Source of the DNA: Nitrospirota bacterium
Lineage (GTDB): Bacteria; Nitrospirota; Thermodesulfovibrionia; UBA6902; DSMQ01
DNA length: 64,000 bases
Assembly (NCBI GenBank): GCA_016208965.1
Contig: JACQXB010000023.1
Location: 95,474-159,473 of the forward strand
Direction: 5' to 3'
Below, one piece after another: positions 1-10,103 of the stretch. Under the pieces are notes generated by a model. It did not search any database and was not told where the DNA came from. It saw nothing but the letters and a program-made list of their open reading frames with translations. The translations under genes were made by a program, and so were the position numbers. Every line of letters begins with the position of its first letter. The stretch's first letter is position 1.

Positions 1-643
1 TTTTATTCCACTGTTTATGTGTCTCACCGATTGCTGATACAGGACATACCTCAATACATTTCCTGCAATCTCCACAGTCTTTTTTCTCCAAAAATCCCCC
101 TAACCCCCCTTCACTTCCCCCCTTAACAAGGGAGGATACAGAGAGGTCAAAATGGGATGATGAAGGATTAAGAGGCATATCTGTAAGGATTGTTGCAAGC
201 CTTATTTTAGAGCCAAATTCAGGATGCACAAGGAGGTTATTTCTTCCTATCCAGCCCATGCCTGCCCCGAGGGCTATCATCTTATGAGATAGATGCGCGG
301 TCTGTTTTTCCCAATCAATAATCTGGCTTGCTGGGATAGGAATTGCATTATAACCCATGCCCTGAATGGTAAGTGAAAGCTTCAAAGCGGTTTGGTCAAG
401 GAGAAGGTTAAGCATTTTATAATGGTGAAGATAATGGCGCGTAGGTCCAACTATAACGTCTCTAAGCACAGACTCGGAAACCCTTACACCTATGGAAATC
501 CCATATGATAAACCTTCTGTCTGGTCTAAAGGAAGTGCTTCAAAGTGGGCTCTTAAATCATCTATATAACTAACACCAAAGGCGGATACGCCTTCTGAGA
601 ATGCAAGTTCTTTCAGCTTATTATAGTTTGTTTCCCGTTCCAC
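1..643 (-). CDS. QueG-like 4Fe-4S protein (epoxyqueuosine reductase family); C-terminus runs off the window start
   Basis: Own minus-strand translation, absent from the ORF track, with GTG at 643-641. Reads VERETNYNKLKELAFSEGVSAFGV...HKMIALGAGMGWIGRNNLLVHPEFGSKIRLATILTD...CGDCRKCIEVCPVSAIG. Contains repeat-derived LVKGGSEGGLGGFLE in frame. Confidence 0.5.
   Translation of the reverse strand, partial: MERETNYNKLKELAFSEGVSAFGVSYIDDLRAHFEALPLDQTEGLSYGISIGVRVSESVLRDVIVGPTRHYLHHYKMLNLLLDQTALKLSLTIQGMGYNAIPIPASQIIDWEKQTAHLSHKMIALGAGMGWIGRNNLLVHPEFGSKIRLATILTDMPLNPSSSHFDLSVSSLVKGGSEGGLGGFLEKKDCGDCRKCIEVCPVSAIGETHKQWNK
90..140. repeat. GGGGATTT/AAATCCCC palindromic element, in-frame copy in the QueG-like CDS
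   Basis: AAAATCCCCCTAACCCCCCTTCACTTCCCCCCTTAACAAGGGAGG, related to 12491-12537 and 18257-18330. Confidence 0.6.
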
Positions 644-671
644 AAATCTTAATAAACGTGACTTTCCACTA

Positions 672-800
672 CAAAATAAAAAATAAAAAATAAAAATGCA
701 AAATTACAATTGAAAATTAAAAGATAAAAGGCGGCAAATGCAGATAAATTTGGATTTTAATTTGTAATTTTAAATTTTTCATTTTGAATTTTGAATTTCT
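672..800. repeat. Low-complexity tandem-oligomer hairpin (AAAATGC/GAAAATT arms)
   Basis: The two arms are built from A/T-rich heptamer-like repeats complementary to each other. Lies between convergent genes. Confidence 0.6.
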
Positions 801-803
801 TTT

Positions 804-1373
804 TTACAGCCATTTTTCAATCAAGGCAATTGACTGAGGACTATCCCATTCACGAGAACCTATAAACTTCCCTCTGACGATACCGTCCTTATCTATGATA
901 AAAGTCTCAGGAGCTCCTGTTATACCGTAGGCGCGAGCAACTTCATTAACATCATCTACAAGGGTAGGGGCACTTACCTTCTGTCTCTGAAAATAAGGGA
1001 TTAGATTTCTGGGGTCGTCTCTAAAAAGTATCCCAAGCATCTGAAATGGCTTGCCCTGCATTTTCTCATACAGACTTTCTTTATAAGGCATTTCTGCCTT
1101 GCATGTGGGACACCATGTTGCCCAGAAGTTTACAAATACAACCTTACCCTTAAGGTCAGAGAGTTTCCATACATTACCGTTTGTATCTTTAAGTTCAAAA
1201 TCCGGTGCAGGTTTACCAACTGCTGCAATTTCTTTGTATGTTCTTTCATTTGGAAGAAAAAGAAGAAGCGATACCCCAACAACAAGTAGAAAAATAAGTA
1301 TAAGTCCTCTGTATTTCAATTTAAAACCTCCATTTGGAAAAATAAAAATTAAAGCTCCCTGCAGTCCCGACAC
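804..1373 (-). CDS. TlpA/ResA-family thiol:disulfide oxidoreductase (membrane-anchored thioredoxin fold)
   Basis: Hydrophobic N-terminal anchor and the WATWCPTC CxxC motif in an AhpC/TSA-like context. Confidence 0.8.
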   Translation of the reverse strand: MSGLQGALIFIFPNGGFKLKYRGLILIFLLVVGVSLLLFLPNERTYKEIAAVGKPAPDFELKDTNGNVWKLSDLKGKVVFVNFWATWCPTCKAEMPYKESLYEKMQGKPFQMLGILFRDDPRNLIPYFQRQKVSAPTLVDDVNEVARAYGITGAPETFIIDKDGIVRGKFIGSREWDSPQSIALIEKWL

Positions 1374-1419
1374 TTCTCTGCAAGTTTACGACAGGACAGG
1401 AAATACACTCTTTGATTTT

Positions 1420-1902
1420 TTATTTTTTATCTTTGATTTTAATCAGCAAACACACTGCCTGTGCTGCAGTGCCTTGTCCTTTTCCTATAAATCCCATGCC
1501 CTCGTTAGTCTTTGCCTTTATATTAATTAAATTCCGAGGGATACCCGCCTTTGCAATACATTCTTTCATTTTCTCTATATGGGGCATAAGTCGTGGTTTT
1601 TCAATTATAACTACCGCGTCTATCCATAATATTTTAAAACCCTGAGCTTTTGCAATCTTCACAATCCTTGAAAGCATTCTTATGCTTGATACATCCTTCC
1701 ACTTTTTATCTGTGTCAGGAAAATGTCTGCCGATGTCTCCAATGCCAAGCGCCCCTATAATTGAATCAGTCATAGCGTGGCAAAGCACATCCCCATCAGA
1801 ATGACCAAGGAGCCCTTTTTCAAAGGGTATCTCTACCCCCCCTAAAATGAGCTTCCTCCCTTTAGCAAGCCTATGGCTGTCATATCCAATGCCTATACGC
1901 AT
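1420..1902 (-). CDS. ispF: 2-C-methyl-D-erythritol 2,4-cyclodiphosphate synthase
   Basis: MRIGIGYDSHRL...GHSDGDVLCHA signature, about 160 aa, directly downstream of ispD. Confidence 0.95.
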   Translation of the reverse strand: MRIGIGYDSHRLAKGRKLILGGVEIPFEKGLLGHSDGDVLCHAMTDSIIGALGIGDIGRHFPDTDKKWKDVSSIRMLSRIVKIAKAQGFKILWIDAVVIIEKPRLMPHIEKMKECIAKAGIPRNLINIKAKTNEGMGFIGKGQGTAAQAVCLLIKIKDKK

Positions 1903-1903
1903 A

Positions 1904-2031
1904 AAAATCCGAAATCCTAAATCCTAAATCCTAAACAATTCCTAAAATTCAAAGTTCAAATGCTCAAAACCGTTTCGAATTTTGGTCATTTGTATTTGTT
2001 TAGGATTTAGATATTAGAAATTAGGATTTTT
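1904..2031. repeat. Low-complexity tandem-oligomer hairpin (AAATCCT x4 versus AGGATTT arms)
   Basis: GAAATCCTAAATCCTAAATCCTAAA...TTTAGGATTTAGATATTAGAAATTAGGATTTT, between ispD and ispF. Confidence 0.75.
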
Positions 2032-2716
2032 CCTTTAGTAAATATTCCACCATCTCCATGTCCTCTGGTGTAGTTACTTTTATATTAAATGGGTCTCCGG
2101 GGATTACTTTTATCTTTCCCCCAATCCTTTCCACAAGCGCTGAATCGTCTGTGGCATAAAAACCTTCTCTATAAGCAGACTCATAAGCCCTTTTAAGTAT
2201 ACTAAAATGGAAAACCTGAGGGGTCTGAATCGTCCAGAACTTCCCCCGCTTCTGTGTAGAGATTACAAAACCATTATTGCCAACTTCTTTTAGTGTCTCC
2301 TTTAGGGGAAGACCAGGGACAACCCCATCAATTTTTTTATTACTAACTTCTGATATGACTCTTTTTATAAGCCCTTCTGTAACAAGCGGTCTTACGCCGT
2401 CATGAATTAAAATAATATCTCCATTTTTAATCAAACACAATGCATTATAAACAGAGTCCTGCCTTTCTTTTCCGCCAGTAACAATATGCCTTACTTTATT
2501 GAAGCTATAAGCCTCAACTATTTTAAGCCCCTTCTCCCTGTCGTCCTTCCCGAGCACAAGGATAATCTCTGTTATAGCGCCAACAGCATGGAGCCCCTTT
2601 AATGTATGAACCAGCAGGGGGGCGCCTGAGATATGAACAAAGGGTTTTTTTTGAGAGGAGCTAAGTCTTTTTCCAACCCCTGCAGCAGGAACTATAGCAA
2701 TTACATCTTTCTTCAT
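2021..2716 (-). CDS. ispD: 2-C-methyl-D-erythritol 4-phosphate cytidylyltransferase
   Basis: AIVPAAGVGKRL nucleotide-binding N-terminus, IspD length, gene order yacL-like/ispD/ispF. Confidence 0.93.
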   Translation of the reverse strand: MKKDVIAIVPAAGVGKRLSSSQKKPFVHISGAPLLVHTLKGLHAVGAITEIILVLGKDDREKGLKIVEAYSFNKVRHIVTGGKERQDSVYNALCLIKNGDIILIHDGVRPLVTEGLIKRVISEVSNKKIDGVVPGLPLKETLKEVGNNGFVISTQKRGKFWTIQTPQVFHFSILKRAYESAYREGFYATDDSALVERIGGKIKVIPGDPFNIKVTTPEDMEMVEYLLKEKS

Positions 2717-3720
2717 TAATGCCTTGCCATTCTCAATTCTTCTCTATCAGTGTCTTCCTTGAGTTTCGTGAAGATCATCCTTCCGCTTGTAGTTTGAAGC
2801 ACACTCGTTACAACAACATCAACATTCTTATTTATAAACCTCCTTGCATTTTCAACAACAACCATGGTTCCATCTTCAAGATATGCAACACCCTGATTTG
2901 GTTCCTTCCCCTCTTTAATTATAAAGATATTCATGGTCTCTCCGGGCAGAACTACAGGTTTGAGGACATTTGCAAGCTCATTGATATTCAGCACAGAGAC
3001 GCCCTGAAGCTCGGCTACCTTATTAAGGTTAAAATCATTTGTAATAATCTTGCCAGCAAGCATCTTGGCAAGCGCAACTAATTTAGCATCTACTTCTTTT
3101 ATCTTAGGAAAGTCCTCGTCTATAATCTTTACAGTGATATTGGACATCTTCTGGATTTTGTGCAAAACATCCAGCCCTCGTCTACCCCTTCCCCTTTTCA
3201 ATGAATCTGAAGAGTCTGCGATATATTGAAGCTCCTGCAGAATGAACTGGGGCAGAATAAAAGTCCCCTCTATAAAACCCACCTCGCAGATGTCCGCAAT
3301 ACGGCCATCAATTATAACGCTTGTATCAATAATCTTTAGGTTTTCTTCAGTAGAAGCACCCTTCGCTGCCTTAAAAACATCTGATAAGGTCAATCCCTTG
3401 CCCTTTTTTAATCCCACAAGAAGACCTGTGTACCCTAAAAGGGTATTAAGTATAAGAGGTGCGTAGATATTGTCTAAACTCACAAAGAATGTCTTTATCG
3501 GATAATAGAGCAATCTCGCAAAAATAAGTCCGAGTGATAGACCTATTAATCCCACAAACATTGAACCAAAGCCAACCCTGCTAAGGAGAAATTCCAGAAT
3601 AATGCCGAGTGCGCCAATCCCTGCACCAATAATGACGCCCTGATACTGGAGCCCTTCCCTTAATCCTATAAGATAACCTCCTGAAATAAAAACCAATAAA
3701 AATATAATCCTGTAAAACAT
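2716..3720 (-). CDS. Membrane PIN/TRAM-domain protein (YacL-like)
   Basis: Several N-terminal TM helices, a PIN-like block ([17 protein letters not shown]) and a C-terminal TRAM-like beta domain. Conserved position upstream of ispDF, as in Bacillus yacL. Confidence 0.75.
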   Translation of the reverse strand: MFYRIIFLLVFISGGYLIGLREGLQYQGVIIGAGIGALGIILEFLLSRVGFGSMFVGLIGLSLGLIFARLLYYPIKTFFVSLDNIYAPLILNTLLGYTGLLVGLKKGKGLTLSDVFKAAKGASTEENLKIIDTSVIIDGRIADICEVGFIEGTFILPQFILQELQYIADSSDSLKRGRGRRGLDVLHKIQKMSNITVKIIDEDFPKIKEVDAKLVALAKMLAGKIITNDFNLNKVAELQGVSVLNINELANVLKPVVLPGETMNIFIIKEGKEPNQGVAYLEDGTMVVVENARRFINKNVDVVVTSVLQTTSGRMIFTKLKEDTDREELRMARH

Positions 3721-3745
3721 CGTTATGTCCTTTCTCTGTTAAGTT

Positions 3746-5236
3746 TTAATATATCCTGAGGGTTACATAGAATTTTTGTCCCCCTCTATTAACAAACAGA
3801 AGTACGGTATCCCCTTCCTTTATATGATAAGTAATTTTATTGAATTCAGCTAAATTGCTTATCCTCTTTTTATTTACCTCTTGAATCACATCACCCTTTC
3901 TAAGCCCTGACTCTTCAGCAGCACTGTCAGACTCAACACTAATTATCACAACGCCTTTTTCATCTTTAGAGAGCCCTAATTGTTTGGCTATTTCGGGCGT
4001 AATGCCCATTACGGTAAAACCAGCAAGTTCATTTTCTTCTGTGGGCTTTTCGCCAAGCCTTTCTGGCATTGCCTCAGCAGAGTCCTTTGGCAACTCAGCA
4101 ATATGTGCATCAATGAAGATAGGCTTCCCTTCTCTGATAACTTTAAGTTTCACAGTGCTTCCGACCTCACTCTGCGACACCATATTTCTTAAGGATTCAA
4201 CATCCTTTATTGTTTTCCCGTTTAACTCTATTACTACATCGCCTTTTTTTAAACCTGCCTTTTCAGCAGGACCTCCTTTTAATATATCGCTAACAAGCGC
4301 ACCGTTAGAATTATTGAGGTTAAACTGCTTGGCTAAATCGGGGGTTACCTGCTGGATTGTAACGCCGAGCCATCCCCTTGTGACCTTTCCTGTTTTCACA
4401 AGTTGTTCCATTACCCTCTTAGCCATATTACTTGGCACAGCAAACCCTATTCCCTGATAACCACCTGTCCTTGAGAAAATTGCAGTATTTATACCAACAA
4501 GCCCTCCCCTGATGGTCACCAGCGGTCCCCCAGAATTGCCGGGATTTATTGCAGCATCGGTCTGGATAAAATCCTCATACTCAGCAATGCCCACATTTGC
4601 CCTTCCAAGTGCACTTACTATCCCCATAGTAACCGTATGACTAAGACCATAAGGGTTACCAAAGGCAAGGACGAACTCACCTACCTGAAGTTCATCTGAG
4701 TTGCTCCATTTTATAGCAGGCAGGTCTTTAGCGCCAATTTTTATAATCGCCAGATCTGTCTTAGGGTCAGTGCCTATAACCTTGCCTTTATATTCCTGTT
4801 TATCATAGAGAATGACCTTTATTTCATCTGCCTTCTCAATAACATGGGTGTTTGTTATTATATATCCATCCCCTGAGACAATAACCCCTGAGCCAAGGCT
4901 CTGCTCCTTCCATTTCTTAGGTGCGCGAAATGGCTCAAAAAAATTATCAAAAAATGGGTCATCAAAAAAGTGAGGTGCGGGGATATCCCTCCTTACAGTT
5001 TTTGTTGTTGATATATTTACAACCGTAGGGCTTACAGCTTTAACAATATCTGAAAATGCCTCGCTTTCTCCTGTAATGGATTTTGGAACCCTGGGCACAT
5101 AAGCGTAGGGGGAAAGTGTCCTCTTCGGGAGAAATTTATCTAAATTGCTCCCTATTACCACACCAAAGGCTATAGCAACTAAAAGCAAAATTATAAGTAT
5201 TTTTTTACTATTCATATTTTTAATTATACATCGCAT
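3746..5236 (-). CDS. htrA: Periplasmic serine endoprotease, DegP/DegQ/HtrA family, two PDZ domains
   Basis: Signal anchor, His/Asp/Ser triad blocks (TNTHV, DLAIIK, GNSGGPL) and two PDZ-like repeats. An alternative start exists at 5215. Confidence 0.9.
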   Translation of the reverse strand: MRCIIKNMNSKKILIILLLVAIAFGVVIGSNLDKFLPKRTLSPYAYVPRVPKSITGESEAFSDIVKAVSPTVVNISTTKTVRRDIPAPHFFDDPFFDNFFEPFRAPKKWKEQSLGSGVIVSGDGYIITNTHVIEKADEIKVILYDKQEYKGKVIGTDPKTDLAIIKIGAKDLPAIKWSNSDELQVGEFVLAFGNPYGLSHTVTMGIVSALGRANVGIAEYEDFIQTDAAINPGNSGGPLVTIRGGLVGINTAIFSRTGGYQGIGFAVPSNMAKRVMEQLVKTGKVTRGWLGVTIQQVTPDLAKQFNLNNSNGALVSDILKGGPAEKAGLKKGDVVIELNGKTIKDVESLRNMVSQSEVGSTVKLKVIREGKPIFIDAHIAELPKDSAEAMPERLGEKPTEENELAGFTVMGITPEIAKQLGLSKDEKGVVIISVESDSAAEESGLRKGDVIQEVNKKRISNLAEFNKITYHIKEGDTVLLFVNRGGQKFYVTLRIY

Positions 5237-5279
5237 GGTTTGATGTTGTAAACCCTTGTAGTTATGTTAGAATATTTAA

Positions 5280-5876
5280 ATGAAATCCTTTGTTGTAGCA
5301 ATTACAGGGGCAAGTGGTGCTATTTATGGGTTAAAGCTGATTGAGGAGTTGCTTAAGGTTAATTCAAAGATTTATCTCATTATTTCAACTCAGGCATTCT
5401 TAATTATAAAGACCGAGACAGGTATAAATCTCAAGGGCAGGACAGAGAGAGAGACAGGAAAAAAAGTTCAGATGCATTTCTCTTCTAATAAGATTGAATA
5501 TTATAGTGAAAAGAATCTCTCTGCACCTATTTCAAGTGGTTCTTTTATTGTAGATGCGATGCTTATTACACCATGCTCTATGAAGACCCTTTCTGGCATT
5601 GCTAATGGTTATGCCAACACCCTTATTGAAAGGACTGCTGATGTCTTCTTAAAAGAGGGAAGGCGGCTTATCCTCATGCCCCGTGAAATGCCGCTCAGTG
5701 CAATACATCTTGAAAACATGCTTAAACTTGCCCGCCTCGGAGTAAAAATAATTCCGCCGATACCTGCCTTTTATCATAAACCTAAGAGCATAAAAGATAT
5801 TGTAAATTTTGTTGTCGGAAAGACACTTGACGCCATCTGTATTCAACATTCTCTCTTCAGAAGATGGGAATTGTGA
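5280..5876 (+). CDS. ubiX: Flavin prenyltransferase UbiX
   Basis: VAITGASGAIYGLKLIEEL flavoprotein N-terminus, about 198 aa, UbiX/Pad1 family pattern. Confidence 0.88.
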   Translation: MKSFVVAITGASGAIYGLKLIEELLKVNSKIYLIISTQAFLIIKTETGINLKGRTERETGKKVQMHFSSNKIEYYSEKNLSAPISSGSFIVDAMLITPCSMKTLSGIANGYANTLIERTADVFLKEGRRLILMPREMPLSAIHLENMLKLARLGVKIIPPIPAFYHKPKSIKDIVNFVVGKTLDAICIQHSLFRRWEL

Positions 5877-5886
5877 ATTTTATTAG

Positions 5887-6717
5887 ATGGGCTATCTAAA
5901 AATCATACTCGCCATTGTTATATGGAGTTCTCTTGGGGTATTTGTAAGAAAGGCAGATATGCCCCTTGCAAGCACGGTATTTTATCCTGCGCTTTTTTCT
6001 CTGCCAATTCAATTTTTAATTTTATATAAAAACAAAGAGATTTCTTTGTCAGCTTTCAGGACGCCTGCACCGGTATTTTACCTTCTTGCACCATGTTCTT
6101 TAGCAAATACACTTCTTTTCTTCTACGCGTTCAAAAATACAACTATAGCCAATGCAGTCCTCACACACTACACAGCGCCAATATTTGTAGCTATATTGGC
6201 GCCGATATTATTAAGAGAAAAATCTTCTAACACTATCTGGCTTGCGATAATGATTTCCTCCATAGGGCTTTGGCTAATGCTCGGCGGCTTATCAGTAAGC
6301 AGCGGTGACTTTAAAGGCGTAATTGCCGGCACTGCCTCGGGATTGGTATACGCTATGATAATCTTGCTTTTAAGAACTATCTCTAAGACACATAGTTCTG
6401 TCTTTATTGTATTTATTCAAAATGCAATAATAGCCCTTTTGCTTCTGCCTTTTGCATCCACTTTGGTCTCATATCAATCGCTAATATACCTTATTAGCAT
6501 GGGATTAATACATTCAACTATTGCCCCATTGCTTTATGTTCAGGGATTTAGGACTGTTAAGGCAAATGAGGCAGCGGTTCTTGGATACTTTGAGCCTATT
6601 GGAGCGGTAATACTGGCTATAGTATTTTTTAATGAAATACCCGGCATTAATAGTTTGCTTGGCGGAGCTTTAATTTTACTTTCAGGCTTTCTAATTTTAA
6701 GGGCAAGACAAGAGTGA
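5887..6717 (+). CDS. EamA/DMT-family transporter
   Basis: About 10 predicted TM helices arranged as two EamA-like halves. Confidence 0.8.
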   Translation: MGYLKIILAIVIWSSLGVFVRKADMPLASTVFYPALFSLPIQFLILYKNKEISLSAFRTPAPVFYLLAPCSLANTLLFFYAFKNTTIANAVLTHYTAPIFVAILAPILLREKSSNTIWLAIMISSIGLWLMLGGLSVSSGDFKGVIAGTASGLVYAMIILLLRTISKTHSSVFIVFIQNAIIALLLLPFASTLVSYQSLIYLISMGLIHSTIAPLLYVQGFRTVKANEAAVLGYFEPIGAVILAIVFFNEIPGINSLLGGALILLSGFLILRARQE

Positions 6718-6739
6718 GGTTTCATCAGGGGGTATAATC

Positions 6740-8719
6740 CTACAATCTTTCCTTAACCAAATCCTCAACTACTAAGGGGTCTGCAAGGGTAGATATATCG
6801 CCCAAGTCCTCTACATCTCCGCGAGAAATTTTTCTTAAAATCCTCCTCATTATCTTTCCGCTTCGGGTCTTTGGAAGCCCTGCTGTAAATTGGAGTTTAT
6901 CAGGTGTGGCAATAGGACTTATAACCTTTCGCACATGGCTTATCAGGATTTTTCTTAACTCATCAGAAGCAGAATAGCCATCCTTAAGGGTGACATAGAC
7001 ATAGATTCCCTCGCCTTTTATCTCATGGGGGAAACCAACAACTGCAGCCTCAGCAACTGCCTCATGACTTGCAAGTGCTGACTCTACCTCTGCTGTGCCA
7101 AGCCTGTGACCTGACACATTAAGCACATCATCAATCCTTCCCATAAGCCAGTAATCACCATTCTCATCAACCCTTGCACCATCACCTGTGAAATATTTTT
7201 TAGGGAATCTCGAAAAATAGACTTCTTTTACTCTTTTGTTTTCAGGGTCCCCATAAGTGCCCCTGAGCATCCCGGGCCAAGGCTTTTCAATAACAAGGTA
7301 ACCGCCTTCATTTACTACTGCTGCCGAGCCGTCTTCTTTTATTACCTTTGGCACTATGCCAGGAAAAGGTCTGTTTGCTGAGCCCGGCTTTAATGTCATT
7401 GCCCCGGGAAGCGGTGTTATTAGGATTCCTCCTGTCTCTGTCTGCCACCATGTATCAACTACCGGGAGTTTGCCTTTCCCGACATGGGTGTGATACCACA
7501 TCCATGCCTCGGGACTTATCGGCTCGCCTACTGTACCAAGAAGCCTCAGGGATGAGAGGTCATGCATATTTACCCAGCTTTCACCTTCTTTCATTAATGC
7601 CCTTATGGCAGTTGGTGCAGTATAGAAGATATTAACTGCGTGCTTGTCAATAATATCCCAAAATCTATCATGCTTTGGATATGTTGGAATGCCTTCAAAC
7701 ATAAGGCTTGTTGCTCCTGCTGAAAGAGGCCCGTATAAGATATAGCTATGGCCTGTTACCCAGCCGATATCTGCTGTGCAAAAGTGAATGTCTTCATCAT
7801 GATAATCAAATATCCATTTAAATGTTAGATTTGCAAAAAGTAAATAACCACCTGTTGTATGAAGCACGCCCTTTGGTTTTCCTGTAGAGCCTGATGTATA
7901 GAGGATGAAAAGCGGGTCTTCTGCATCTATCCACTCGGGCTCACAATAGTTTTTAATGTCAGAGACTGACATCTCCTCATGCCACCACGAATCCCTGCCG
8001 GTCTTCATATTTACCTTTCCATTGCCAACCCTCTGGACAACAATTACCTTTTCAACCGTATGACATCCTTCAAGGGCATCATCAGCATTGGCTTTTAAAG
8101 GCACGAACTTTCCGCCCCTGACACCCTCATCAGCAGTAATGAGGAGTTTTGCCTTACAGTCCTGAATCCTGTCTCTAAGTGACTGGGAACTGAAGCCTCC
8201 AAACACAACATTATGGATTGCCCCAATCCTTGCACATGCAAGCATGGCTATTGGGAGTTCAGGTATCATGGGGAGATAAATGCTAACCCTATCTCCTTTC
8301 TGTATCCTGTTTTTCTTTAAGACATTGGCAAATTTATTAACCTCATAGAATAGTTGCTGATAAGTATAGGTCTTATAATCTCCATCATCTGCCTCCCATA
8401 TGAGTGCCGCCTTATTTCTTGTTGACGTACTTATATGTCTGTCTATGCAATTATAGGAGGCATTGAGTTTACCTCCCTGAAACCATTTAATTTCAGGCTT
8501 TTCAAAATTCCACTCTAAGACCTTATCCCATTTTTTAAACCATGTAATGTGCTTTTCTGCCATTTCAGCCCAGAAACATTCAGGGTCTTCAATTGACCTC
8601 TTATAGAGCCTTTCATACTCATCCATGCTCTTGATATAAGCCTTTCTGCTGAACTCCTCAGAAGGTGGAAAATGTCTCTTTTCCTCAAGCAACACATCAA
8701 TATTCTTTGCCTCTGCCAT
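6740..8719 (-). CDS. acs: Acetyl-CoA synthetase (acetate--CoA ligase)
   Basis: 659 aa with [14 protein letters not shown]-binding motif, WWQTETGG and the C-terminal [11 protein letters not shown] motif. Confidence 0.95.
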   Translation of the reverse strand: MAEAKNIDVLLEEKRHFPPSEEFSRKAYIKSMDEYERLYKRSIEDPECFWAEMAEKHITWFKKWDKVLEWNFEKPEIKWFQGGKLNASYNCIDRHISTSTRNKAALIWEADDGDYKTYTYQQLFYEVNKFANVLKKNRIQKGDRVSIYLPMIPELPIAMLACARIGAIHNVVFGGFSSQSLRDRIQDCKAKLLITADEGVRGGKFVPLKANADDALEGCHTVEKVIVVQRVGNGKVNMKTGRDSWWHEEMSVSDIKNYCEPEWIDAEDPLFILYTSGSTGKPKGVLHTTGGYLLFANLTFKWIFDYHDEDIHFCTADIGWVTGHSYILYGPLSAGATSLMFEGIPTYPKHDRFWDIIDKHAVNIFYTAPTAIRALMKEGESWVNMHDLSSLRLLGTVGEPISPEAWMWYHTHVGKGKLPVVDTWWQTETGGILITPLPGAMTLKPGSANRPFPGIVPKVIKEDGSAAVVNEGGYLVIEKPWPGMLRGTYGDPENKRVKEVYFSRFPKKYFTGDGARVDENGDYWLMGRIDDVLNVSGHRLGTAEVESALASHEAVAEAAVVGFPHEIKGEGIYVYVTLKDGYSASDELRKILISHVRKVISPIATPDKLQFTAGLPKTRSGKIMRRILRKISRGDVEDLGDISTLADPLVVEDLVKERL

Positions 8720-8773
8720 AAAACCTCCTACCCGATAGAATGAATTTATTAAGACTACTCAATATATTTTCTA

Positions 8774-9223
8774 TCAATCCTTATTCTCCATTATTATTGC
8801 ATCCTCATTGGGCAATTGGTAATAGCCCCTTCTTCTGCTCACAATCTTAAACCCTGCCCTCTCATATAGCCTTATAGCAGGTATATTTGACTCCCTTACC
8901 TCAAGTGTCAATGACTTGACATCAGGCTTCATCCTTCTTAATTCCTCTATTGCGGACTGAAGAAGCATGCTTCCGATGCCTTTCTGTCTGAATTCTGGTA
9001 TGACAATAAGATTTAGCACATTGGCAATGTCAAATATAATCCTTACACATACATAACCAATAATCTTTTTCTCTAAGGCTGCAACCTTTAGGATTGAATG
9101 CCCAAATTCTAACTCATACTTGAAAGAAGTTAACGTCCATGGGGTAGTAAAGCCTTTGGTCTCTATTGCAGAAACATCCTTGAGGTCCTCATATGTCATC
9201 TTTCTGATCGTTATCCCTTCCAC
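8774..9223 (-). CDS. rimI: Ribosomal-protein-alanine N-acetyltransferase (GNAT)
   Basis: GNAT acetyl-CoA motif (FRQKGIGSMLL). Overlaps the tsaB stop, giving the conserved tsaB-rimI pair. Confidence 0.8.
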   Translation of the reverse strand: MEGITIRKMTYEDLKDVSAIETKGFTTPWTLTSFKYELEFGHSILKVAALEKKIIGYVCVRIIFDIANVLNLIVIPEFRQKGIGSMLLQSAIEELRRMKPDVKSLTLEVRESNIPAIRLYERAGFKIVSRRRGYYQLPNEDAIIMENKD

Positions 9224-9915
9224 TTAAGCTCTGCCTCAGACCTCCTTATATAAAATGGTGTAAGGCTAACAATGTCAGTGGTTAAAGCTTCCTTTAATTT
9301 CTTAATTGCTATCTCTGCCACAGTTGAAGCTGTGGGGGCCATCCTTGATGATGGAGCAAAGAAGGCTTTTGTTCTCAAGGTATCTTCAATAAGTCTCTTA
9401 TAGAGCCTCGCCCCCTCACCCATGAAAACAGTTGGCACTTTAATCTCCTTTAAAAACTCCTGCGGGTTTATTGGGGTTTCAGGGATAATCTTTATACACT
9501 CACCGTCCTCCCACTTATAAAGTCCTGTATATACCTCATTCTTTCTTGCATCAAGCATTGGGCATATAAGATGAGAACAAAAAGCCAGGGCCCTTGCAAA
9601 TGCATCAAGTGTTGGCACAGGAATAATAGGCTTACCTGCTGCATAACAAAAACCTTTTGCTGTGCTAAGACCGATTCTAAGCCCTGTGAAAGAGCCTGGG
9701 CCAATAGAAACAGCAAAGGCATCAATGTCTTTTATGGATATCCGGGATGCTTTTAAAAGATGCTCAATAGAGGGCATGAGTCTTTCTGCGTGTGCAACCT
9801 TGATGTTGACTCTTATCTCGCTGATAAGCCCTTCTTCCTCATCAAGGATTGCCGCACTCCCTAACATCGTGGCTGTCTCAAGGGCAAGGATTTTCATAGG
9901 GGATAGTTTAATCAA
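9211..9915 (-). CDS. tsaB: tRNA t6A37 biosynthesis protein TsaB (YeaZ)
   Basis: MKILALETA...GPGSFTGLRIG motif. The probable true start is ATG at 9897. Confidence 0.85.
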   Translation of the reverse strand: MIKLSPMKILALETATMLGSAAILDEEEGLISEIRVNIKVAHAERLMPSIEHLLKASRISIKDIDAFAVSIGPGSFTGLRIGLSTAKGFCYAAGKPIIPVPTLDAFARALAFCSHLICPMLDARKNEVYTGLYKWEDGECIKIIPETPINPQEFLKEIKVPTVFMGEGARLYKRLIEDTLRTKAFFAPSSRMAPTASTVAEIAIKKLKEALTTDIVSLTPFYIRRSEAELKWKG

Positions 9916-9930
9916 AATGTTTAATAGAGT

Positions 9931-10012
9931 AAACCCCGTTAGAATTTTTCATCCCGTTAGATAGAGATATCTAACAGGACAAGCGGGGCATTCTATTCTA
10001 ACGGGGTAAACC
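9931..10012. repeat. CCCCGTTAGAA...TTCTAACGGGG inverted-repeat element (nested, intergenic)
   Basis: AAACCCCGTTAGAAT...CCCGTTAGATAGAGATATCTAACAGG...ATTCTAACGGGGTAAACCC. Confidence 0.75.
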
Positions 10013-10103
10013 CATATAAAACCAAAACCATTTTTTACTTCCTTGACACGCACTTGCTTGAGATGTTAATTTTTAAGCCAATTATCAAAAGGGCATCAAA
10101 GAC

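Noticed and set aside
3984-4457. Long antisense or alternative-frame ORFs inside well-supported genes. Examples: 3984-4457, 13076-13408, 25101-25451, 32854-33369, 38321-38848, 46156-46593, 55322-55693, 57096-57386.
   Set aside because: Each lies wholly within a gene with strong family motifs. Their composition is low-complexity (Ser/Leu/Phe-rich), typical of the antisense of AT-rich coding DNA.
9964-10103. Possible T-box or other leader upstream of ileS.
   Set aside because: No T-box consensus (AGGGTGGNACCGCG-like) or terminator/antiterminator pair is visible. The region is occupied by the palindromic repeat and a weak TTGACA-N18-TAATTT promoter-like sequence.
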